64,000 nucleotides of DNA from Lachnospiraceae bacterium (lineage in GTDB: Bacteria > Bacillota > Clostridia > Lachnospirales > Lachnospiraceae): NCBI GenBank assembly GCA_900766925.1, contig CAAFXG010000316.1, positions 3,735 through 67,734 of the forward strand, in the 5' to 3' direction. Position 1 is the stretch's first letter, and the number at the start of each line of letters is the position of its first letter. A program made the position numbers and the translations under genes. Positions 38,219-45,768 of this stretch are shown here, in pieces. The notes beneath the pieces were generated by a model, which did not search any database, was not told the origin of the DNA, and worked only from the letters and a program-made list of their open reading frames with translations.

Positions 38219-40702
38219 ATGGATAATAAATATTTATATGATGCATTTATAAGCTACAGACACACAGAAATAGATAAGTTTGTAGCTGAAACCTTACATA
38301 AGGAATTAGAATCATTTAAATTACCCAAAAAGCTTCGTAAAACAGGTGGTAGAGCAAGAACAAAAATAAACAGAGTATTTCGTGATAAGGATGAGCTTCC
38401 TTTAACCAGCAATCTTGAAGATCCAATTATTAATGCATTAGAGCAATCGGAATTTCTTATTGTAATCTGCTCGCCAAGACTTCCGGAATCAATCTGGTGC
38501 CAAAAAGAGATTGAAACATTTATAAGCATGCATGGAAGGCACAAGGTTCTAGCCGTTCTTATAGAAGGCGAACCTGACGAGTCCTTCCCTGATGCACTTT
38601 TATTTGATAATGTAACTGTACAGAATGAAGACGGTTCAACAAGTATCATCAAAAAACCTGTTGAACCACTTGCAGCAGACTTCAGGGGCTCAACCAAAAA
38701 GCAGATTAAAAAAGCTATGAAATCGGAAATATTAAGACTGCTTGCTCCAATGTTCGATCTGTCGTATGATGATTTAAAGCGACGCCACAGAGAAAGGAAA
38801 ATACGTAAAATAATAGGTGTATCTGTAGCCGTATCCATTGCAAGTATATTGTTTGCCGGCTACAGCGCAATTATGGCTCATAAAATTCAAAAACAGAATA
38901 TAAAAATTGAACAACAGTCACAGGAGATAGAAGCTCAAAATGAAAATCTGAAAATACAGGCTGAGGAAATTGAGGCACAGAATCAAAATCTTAAGCTTGA
39001 GCAGGCAAGAAGCTTAGCAAAGAACGCCGAAAATCTCCTTGCCAGGGACGACAGATATGGTGCTGTTAAACTGGCTTACGAAGCTGTAACGGATTATGAA
39101 GGTATGGAAATGCCTCTTACCCCGGAGGGCAGACTTGCACTGACCGAGTGCCTTGGTCTTTATGATGGTTGTTCAAATGTAAGTGCTGTTAAGCAGCTTG
39201 AAACACCCGGCATTATAGATTCAATAAAGGTGTCACCTGAAAAAGATTTATTACTTACCCTGGACAGTATCGGAAACCTTATACTATGGAATGTATCAGA
39301 CAGTAATAAGCTTATCAGTATAACAGAGCCAAATGGAATTCTGTCATACGATTTTATAAATGAAGATTCATTTTTCTATTTAAATAACGAAAATAAACTA
39401 ATAAAGGTTAATATAGCAGACAAAAACGAAACATTATATACAAGCTCAGATTCAATATTTGGAGATATTTATAATGCAATTTCAACTCCTGATGGTAAAA
39501 AAATAATTGTCCGTGAGATGTATTCATATGTGGTTCTGGATGCAAAAAATCTTACGGAAATATCAAGGTATGACGTACCATATGATATAGTCAATACTAA
39601 AATTATGTGTTCAGATGATTCCTCTGAGGCATACATTTTTGCACAAAATGAGGATGACGGATTATCTGTAATCTCCTTTAATATCTCTGACGGAAGTCAG
39701 ATTATTCAAAGCGATGCACCTGCCGGTATAATTTCCGATGTATGTAACAATTCAACCGGTATTTATGTACTCAGCTTTGATTTTGCAAGCTATAATTCTT
39801 TAAAGTCCGTAGTAACAGCCTATGACAGGACAACAGGTGAAATTAAATGGACAAGAGAAGAGGACGCAGTAGTAGCAAATAAGATGTATTATTCTAACAA
39901 GGACGGTAATGGTTTCATACTTGTGGTATCAGACCACGAGAGCCGGTTAATTGATGCAGGAACTGGCGAACAGATTAAATATTATATTACGGATACCGAA
40001 GCTGTTACCTGTAAGCTGAGCCAAAACGGTGATTTTATATTATATACTTCCGATGGTGTATGTCATTATATAAATACTACAAAGGATAAAATGGATGTAG
40101 GTCTTCAAACCATAGTATGTAACAATATTTCATTATTGGATATCACAACCTCCGGATGTGTTGGTGTACCGGAAAATGATAATCGTGTAATTATCTACAC
40201 ATATCGAAGAAACCTCGACTCAGCAGTATTTGATGGCGAACTCGCAGAAGCTTTAACAACAAATGAAACTGATGATTCCATACTTAATGAATGGGGCAAA
40301 GAAAACGGAATTGAAAGAGCTGCATTTATAAGTACATACTTAAATATTCCTGATGCAAACCTTGTTTTAGTTGCTTTCGTTGATGAATCCATTGAATTCT
40401 ACAGAGCTGATACAATGGAGTTTCTGACACATTACGATGATTTTAATGCAATGATGTGTGATTACTATGGTGAAGTAGATGGCTTATACTATATAACAAC
40501 CGTTACGGAAGGAATAGCTGTAGATAAAGACGGAAATATAATAAGCAGAATTGATGAAATGTGTGGTCTCTCTAAAGATTTGAAGCAGGTGGTTGTCTAT
40601 GGCCGTGATGAAAACGCCAAGCAGTGCCGGATTTCAATTCCTATCTACTCATTTGAAGAAATAATAAATCGTACCAAAGAATTCCTTGGTACAGAGGAAT
40701 AA
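38219..40702 (+). CDS. TIR-domain transmembrane protein with coiled coil and beta-propeller-like C-terminal region
   Basis: aa 5-135 read YDAFISYRHTE...VFRDKDELPL...FLIVICSP...SIWCQKEIE (TIR_2-like). KRRHRERKIRK is followed by a TM helix IIGVSVAVSIASILFAGYSAIMA (aa 198-220). A QNxNLK coiled coil follows, then about 550 aa with WD40-like strands (for example GNLILWNV). Confidence 0.8.
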   Translation: MDNKYLYDAFISYRHTEIDKFVAETLHKELESFKLPKKLRKTGGRARTKINRVFRDKDELPLTSNLEDPIINALEQSEFLIVICSPRLPESIWCQKEIETFISMHGRHKVLAVLIEGEPDESFPDALLFDNVTVQNEDGSTSIIKKPVEPLAADFRGSTKKQIKKAMKSEILRLLAPMFDLSYDDLKRRHRERKIRKIIGVSVAVSIASILFAGYSAIMAHKIQKQNIKIEQQSQEIEAQNENLKIQAEEIEAQNQNLKLEQARSLAKNAENLLARDDRYGAVKLAYEAVTDYEGMEMPLTPEGRLALTECLGLYDGCSNVSAVKQLETPGIIDSIKVSPEKDLLLTLDSIGNLILWNVSDSNKLISITEPNGILSYDFINEDSFFYLNNENKLIKVNIADKNETLYTSSDSIFGDIYNAISTPDGKKIIVREMYSYVVLDAKNLTEISRYDVPYDIVNTKIMCSDDSSEAYIFAQNEDDGLSVISFNISDGSQIIQSDAPAGIISDVCNNSTGIYVLSFDFASYNSLKSVVTAYDRTTGEIKWTREEDAVVANKMYYSNKDGNGFILVVSDHESRLIDAGTGEQIKYYITDTEAVTCKLSQNGDFILYTSDGVCHYINTTKDKMDVGLQTIVCNNISLLDITTSGCVGVPENDNRVIIYTYRRNLDSAVFDGELAEALTTNETDDSILNEWGKENGIERAAFISTYLNIPDANLVLVAFVDESIEFYRADTMEFLTHYDDFNAMMCDYYGEVDGLYYITTVTEGIAVDKDGNIISRIDEMCGLSKDLKQVVVYGRDENAKQCRISIPIYSFEEIINRTKEFLGTEE

Positions 40703-40735
40703 ATACCTTTAACTATATATTACCTTTTCCAATAT

Positions 40736-40939
40736 ATAAAAAACTGCCTGTGGCATAGGTTTTCCGCCCGGCAGTATATATGTATATGAACTAAGACACG
40801 CTCTCGCTCGGTTGTTCACGTAACGGTACTAAACTCGCGTAAAATGCACGCTCGTTAAGTGCCGACGTTCTCAAACGGTCTTAGTTCATATACATATATA
40901 CTGCCGGGCAGAAAACCTATGCCACAGGCAGTTTTTTAT
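40736..40939. repeat. Giant hairpin element copy 2: 62-bp stem with A-tract/T-tract flanks and an 80-nt apical core
   Basis: Positions 40736-40797 pair with 40878-40939 with a single C.A mismatch (40765/40910). The core 40798-40877 matches the reverse complement of the copy 1 core at about 65 of 80 hand-aligned positions. Confidence 0.8.
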
Positions 40940-41020
40940 TGTACAAATAATTATAAGAGCGTTTTAACGGACTTATAAAATGGTATATTATAACTGTTCA
41001 AGAGCAGACCGGTCAGAATA

Positions 41021-41116
41021 CGAATATTTGTTCGAAATAAATATTGACAAACGAACAAATGTACGTTATATTATATACAAGTCAATCGAACAGACGTTTA
41101 CAAGAACATTTGTTTA
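41021..41116. promoter_or_regulatory. Cluster of four LexA (Cheo box) operator candidates overlapping a sigma-A promoter
   Basis: The boxes are CGAATATTTGTTCG (41021-41034), CGAACAAATGTACG (41052-41065), CGAACAGACGTTTA (41087-41100) and AGAACATTTGTTTA (41103-41116), against the consensus CGAAC-N4-GTTCG. The promoter is TTGACA (41044-41049), 17-nt spacer, TATATT (41067-41072). Confidence 0.55.
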
Positions 41117-41135
41117 TAATAAGGAGGATTTATTT

Positions 41136-41462
41136 ATGAGAACACATGATACAGCTTATTTTATTCATAGAAATTTAAAATCAATTCTTGGAGGAATTAT
41201 TCTTTTACTTGTTTTAGGTATTCTTATTCTTGGAGTTTTTAATATTAACAGCAAGGCTTCAAATTATAATCAGAAGTATTTCAAGTGTATAGATATTTGC
41301 TATGAAGATACACTTTGGACAATTGCAGAAGAATATATGACAGAAGAGTATAAATCAGTTAATGATTACATCGAAGAAGTTAAGAGTATTAATGGTCTTA
41401 CAAGCGATAAAATTTACAGTGGTGCGACCTTAGTTGTTCCATACTACGCAGCACCCATGTAA
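41136..41462 (+). CDS. Small TM + LysM protein, YneA-like SOS cell-division inhibitor candidate
   Basis: 108 aa from ATG 41136 (RBS AAGGAGG 8 nt upstream). N-terminal TM helix ILGGIILLLVLGILILGVF. C-terminal LysM domain YEDTLWTIAEEY...INGLTSDKIYSGATLVVP. Confidence 0.65.
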   Translation: MRTHDTAYFIHRNLKSILGGIILLLVLGILILGVFNINSKASNYNQKYFKCIDICYEDTLWTIAEEYMTEEYKSVNDYIEEVKSINGLTSDKIYSGATLVVPYYAAPM

Positions 41463-41489
41463 TTTTTATATAAAATCATACCATACCTC

Positions 41490-41527
41490 AGAAGCCATCG
41501 TTATCCCATGTTCGATGGCTTCTTTTA
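41490..41527 (+). terminator. Intrinsic terminator after the LysM gene
   Basis: AGAAGCCATCG, 12-nt loop, CGATGGCTTCT, followed by TTTT. Confidence 0.75.
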
Positions 41528-41585
41528 ATCTTATTTATCATTTCTTAACTGTAAAATTTTGTTATATAAAAACAAATCGATATCA

Positions 41586-41614
41586 TTGAAAAATACACAT
41601 TCATGTTTTATAAT
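41586..41614 (+). promoter_or_regulatory. Sigma-A type promoter upstream of miaB
   Basis: TTGAAA (41586-41591), 17-nt spacer, TATAAT (41609-41614). Confidence 0.5.
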
Positions 41615-41652
41615 ATATTGGTTAAAATTTAAGCTATGAAAGGAAACATAAT

Positions 41653-43104
41653 ATGGATAACAGCACGATTCCAGCTATGGAGCCGGATAGACAATACTAT
41701 TTTATGAACAGATGCAAGGAGCACCTGCTTACGCTTAAGGCAGAAGCGAATCGTACACTTACATATAATGTGCAGACCTTCGGGTGTCAGATGAATGCCC
41801 ATGACTCTGAAAAGCTCAAAGGTATTCTGGACGAAATCGGATATGTGGAAATAGACGATGAAAAGGCCGATTTTGTAATATGTAATACATGTACAATAAG
41901 GGAGAATGCCAATCAGAAGCTCTATGGACATCTGGGGCATCTCAAGAGTCTTAAATCCAAGAATCCTAATATGATTATCTGCTTATGTGGATGTATGATG
42001 CAGGAACCACACGTAATAGAAACAATCCAAAAAAAATACCGTCATGTGGATATTATTTTCGGAACACATAATATTTATAAGCTTGCTGAGCTGATTTGTT
42101 CCTATTATCAAACCCATAAACCGGTAATTGAGGTATTGAATAACACAGACAAGATTGTAGAAAAGCTTCCACAGAAGCGTAAATATACCTTCAAGGCCGG
42201 TGTTAATATCACATATGGATGTAACAATTTCTGTACATACTGTATTGTTCCGTATGTACGTGGAAGAGAAAAGAGCCGCAAGCCGGAAGAGATAATTGCT
42301 GAAGTAAAAGCCCTGGCGATGACAGGTGTCAAAGAAATTATGTTACTCGGACAGAATGTCAATTCCTATGGTCAGATATATGATTATTCCGACGGTAAAA
42401 TTGTCAGAATGGATCCTGAGAATTCATGTACATTTCCACAGCTTCTTAAGAGGGTATGTGAGGTACCGGGTATAGAAAGAGTCAGATTTATGACAAGTCA
42501 TCCTAAGGATTTATCAGATGAGCTGATAGAAGTAATGGCCGGTGAACCAAAGGTATGTAATCATTTGCATTTGCCTGTACAGTCCGGCTCTACAGATATT
42601 CTGACTAAGATGAACAGACGATACACCAAAGAGCATTATCTGAATCTGGTTGACAAAATTCGTACAGCGATGCCTGATATTTCGCTTACAACTGATATTA
42701 TAGTAGGCTTTCCGGGTGAAACCGAAGAGGATTTCCTCGATACCTTAGATATAGTAGAACGTGTCAAATTTGATCAGGCATTTACATTTATTTATTCCAA
42801 GAGAACAGGTACTCCGGCAGCAACTATGGACAATCAGGTGCCGGAAGCTGTTGTAAAGGACAGATTTAGCCGACTGTTATCAAGTGTTAATACCATTGCC
42901 AATAAACAGGTTTCAAGATATGAAGGAATGGTTAAGGATGTTCTGGTAGAAGAAATCAATCATCACGATTCTTCGCTTGTTACCGGAAGAACAAGTGAAA
43001 ACATAACGGTTCATTTTCCGGGGGATGCCGGTATGATTGGACATATGGTAAAGGTAAAATTGACAGATTGTAAAGGATTCTATTTCCTGGGTACACAGGA
43101 ATAA
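41653..43104 (+). CDS. miaB: tRNA (i6A37) methylthiotransferase MiaB
   Basis: UPF0004 domain (QTFGCQMN), radical SAM motif GCNNFCTYCIVP, and a C-terminal TRAM domain. Confidence 0.9.
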   Translation: MDNSTIPAMEPDRQYYFMNRCKEHLLTLKAEANRTLTYNVQTFGCQMNAHDSEKLKGILDEIGYVEIDDEKADFVICNTCTIRENANQKLYGHLGHLKSLKSKNPNMIICLCGCMMQEPHVIETIQKKYRHVDIIFGTHNIYKLAELICSYYQTHKPVIEVLNNTDKIVEKLPQKRKYTFKAGVNITYGCNNFCTYCIVPYVRGREKSRKPEEIIAEVKALAMTGVKEIMLLGQNVNSYGQIYDYSDGKIVRMDPENSCTFPQLLKRVCEVPGIERVRFMTSHPKDLSDELIEVMAGEPKVCNHLHLPVQSGSTDILTKMNRRYTKEHYLNLVDKIRTAMPDISLTTDIIVGFPGETEEDFLDTLDIVERVKFDQAFTFIYSKRTGTPAATMDNQVPEAVVKDRFSRLLSSVNTIANKQVSRYEGMVKDVLVEEINHHDSSLVTGRTSENITVHFPGDAGMIGHMVKVKLTDCKGFYFLGTQE

Positions 43105-43120
43105 GAAAAGGTGAGAATAC

Positions 43121-45757
43121 ATGGGAAAATTATCTCCTATGATGGAGCAGTATGTAGCTACAAAGGAACAATATAAGGATTGTATTTTATTTTACAGATT
43201 AGGCGATTTCTATGAGATGTTCTTTGATGATGCACTCACAGCCTCAAAAGAACTCGAAATCACGTTAACAGGCAAGGATTGTGGTTTAGAGGAGCGCGCT
43301 CCAATGTGTGGTGTACCGTACCATGCTGCTGATATATACATCAACAGATTAATAGAAAAAGGTTATAAGGTAGCAATAGGAGAACAGGTCGAAGATCCTA
43401 AGTTAGCCAAGTGTCTTGTAAAACGTGAGGTTATCCGTGTTGTAACACCCGGGACCAATATGTCGTCTGAGGTACTCGACGAAACCAAAAATAACTATCT
43501 TATGAGTATTTCTTATTACAACTTTAAATATGGTATTTCGGTGGCTGACATTTCAACAGGCATATTTAAAACCTGTAATGTATCTACTGCTGAAAAGGTA
43601 ATAGATGAGATAAACAAATATCAGCCTTCCGAGATTATTTATCAGGATACCTTTTTAAACTCGGGTATCGATGTTAATTACACAATAGAAAAGCTTAAAA
43701 TAACTGCCTCTGAGGCACCGTCACATTATTTCAACTACGAAACCTCTGAGATAACCCTGAAACGACATTTTCATGTCTCAAGCATTGAGGGGTTGGGGTT
43801 AAAGGATTTTCCGGAATCGGTTGTTGCATCAGGTGCCCTGCTTCAGTATTTATACGATACTCAAATGAATTCACTTTCTCATATTAATCATATTGAATTA
43901 TATTCCGTAGATTCTTATATGATAATAGATTCGTCAACACGCAGAAATCTGGAATTAACAGAAACTTTAAGAGATAAGCAAAAAAAGGGTTCATTACTTT
44001 GGGTATTAGACAAAACCAAGACTGCAATGGGTGCAAGGAAGCTACGAGAATACGTAGAGCAACCCCTTTTGTCAAAGGAATCAATTCAGGAACGTCTTGA
44101 TTCAATTGAAAGTCTAAATGCATCCCTTATAACCAGAGAGGAACTTAGAGAATATTTAAATACAATCTATGACCTGGAACGTTTAATGACAAGGATATCA
44201 CTTCGTACAGCTAATCCAAGAGATATGCTTTCATTCAAAAATTCCATAAAATATCTTCCTGCAATAAAGGATATGCTTAAGGAATTAAAAGCCCAAAGAT
44301 TTCAGGATATATACAACGATTTTGATGTGCTTGATGATTTATATGAATTATTAGAGTGTGCCATAAATGAGGAACCGCCTATTTCCATCAAAGAAGGCGG
44401 TATTTTCAAGCCCGGATATAATGAGCAGATTGATAAGCTCAAGCTTGCCAAGAGTGAATGTAAAAACTGGATTGCGGAGCTTGAGGCAAAGGAAAGAGAT
44501 GCAACAGGCATCAAAAATCTCAAAATAAAATATAACAAAGTATTCGATTATTATTTTGAAGTAACAAATTCATTTAAAGATTTGGTACCGGATTATTTTA
44601 TACGTAAGCAAACTCTGGCTAATGCCGAACGTTTTACAACACCTGAGTTAAATGAGCTTTCAAGCACAATTCTTGGTGCTGAAGATAAGCTTTACGCTTT
44701 AGAATATGAAACCTATGTAGAGCTTCGTGACAAGGTTGGTGAAGCACTGACCAGAGTACAAAAAACAGCTCAATATATAGCCGAAACAGATGCATTGGCT
44801 TCACTTGCATATGTTAGTGAAAAGAACAATTACACGAGACCTGCTATTAATGAGGAGGGTGTGATTGATATAAAAAATGGCAGACACCCAGTAGTTGAGA
44901 AGATGCTTGGCAATGACAGCTTCGTATCTAATGATACATTTCTTAATAATATAGAAAGCAGAATATCAATTATTACAGGTCCAAATATGGCAGGTAAATC
45001 AACATATATGAGACAGACTGCACTTATTGTATTAATGGCTCAAATCGGTTGCTATGTTCCTGCTGACAGTGCAAATATAGGCTTATGTGACCGTATATTT
45101 ACAAGAGTAGGTGCATCAGATGATTTAGCATCCGGTCAGTCAACATTTATGATTGAAATGAATGAGGTTGCCAATATTCTTAGAAATGCAACAAACAACA
45201 GCCTTATTATCCTTGATGAAATAGGCCGAGGAACATCAACCTTTGACGGACTCTCCATTGCATGGGCAGTTGTTGAATACATAGCAGATAAGGAACTGCT
45301 TGGAGCAAAAACTTTGTTTGCCACCCATTATCATGAGCTTACTGAGTTAGAGGGCAAGCTTTCTTCTGTTAATAACTATTGTATTGCCGTTAAAGAAGAA
45401 GGGGACAATATAGTATTTTTGCGTAAAATAGTCAAAGGTGGAGCAGATAGAAGCTATGGCATCCAGGTTGCAAGACTTGCAGGCGTACCAGACAGGGTAT
45501 TAAGAAGGGCAAATGAAATCTGTCTACAGCTTGTCGACTCTGATATAGCATCCAAGGCCAAGGCAATTGAAATAAAGGACATGAAAGATTCTTCCTCAAA
45601 ATCCGGGAAGGATTCTTACGACCAACTGTCATTTTTTTCATCACCTGTTGAAATGTCTATTGCAAACGAACTTAAAACAATGGATTTAAACAATATGACA
45701 CCAATTAAGGCTATGCTTTATTTGCAGGAATTACAGGAACGATTAAAAAGCAATTAG
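43121..45757 (+). CDS. mutS: DNA mismatch repair protein MutS
   Basis: N-terminal TPMMEQY...FYRLGDFYEMFFDDA, Walker A GPNMAGKST, DEIGRGTSTFDG, THYHEL. Confidence 0.95.
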   Translation: MGKLSPMMEQYVATKEQYKDCILFYRLGDFYEMFFDDALTASKELEITLTGKDCGLEERAPMCGVPYHAADIYINRLIEKGYKVAIGEQVEDPKLAKCLVKREVIRVVTPGTNMSSEVLDETKNNYLMSISYYNFKYGISVADISTGIFKTCNVSTAEKVIDEINKYQPSEIIYQDTFLNSGIDVNYTIEKLKITASEAPSHYFNYETSEITLKRHFHVSSIEGLGLKDFPESVVASGALLQYLYDTQMNSLSHINHIELYSVDSYMIIDSSTRRNLELTETLRDKQKKGSLLWVLDKTKTAMGARKLREYVEQPLLSKESIQERLDSIESLNASLITREELREYLNTIYDLERLMTRISLRTANPRDMLSFKNSIKYLPAIKDMLKELKAQRFQDIYNDFDVLDDLYELLECAINEEPPISIKEGGIFKPGYNEQIDKLKLAKSECKNWIAELEAKERDATGIKNLKIKYNKVFDYYFEVTNSFKDLVPDYFIRKQTLANAERFTTPELNELSSTILGAEDKLYALEYETYVELRDKVGEALTRVQKTAQYIAETDALASLAYVSEKNNYTRPAINEEGVIDIKNGRHPVVEKMLGNDSFVSNDTFLNNIESRISIITGPNMAGKSTYMRQTALIVLMAQIGCYVPADSANIGLCDRIFTRVGASDDLASGQSTFMIEMNEVANILRNATNNSLIILDEIGRGTSTFDGLSIAWAVVEYIADKELLGAKTLFATHYHELTELEGKLSSVNNYCIAVKEEGDNIVFLRKIVKGGADRSYGIQVARLAGVPDRVLRRANEICLQLVDSDIASKAKAIEIKDMKDSSSKSGKDSYDQLSFFSSPVEMSIANELKTMDLNNMTPIKAMLYLQELQERLKSN

Positions 45758-45768
45758 GAGTTTATCTT

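Noticed and set aside
38254-38838. A 194-aa antisense ORF inside the TIR gene, and similar antisense ORFs (for example 20019-20441, 12101-12481, 37617-38042, 62812-63189)
   Set aside because: They lie wholly inside well-supported genes on the opposite strand. They have low-complexity or odd composition, no RBS and no recognisable motifs, which is typical of shadow ORFs.
40980-41135. The 160-aa ORF version of the LysM gene starting at 40980
   Set aside because: The upstream 52 codons cover the promoter and LexA-box region and have no RBS. ATG 41136 has AAGGAGG at the proper spacing and gives a YneA-sized protein.
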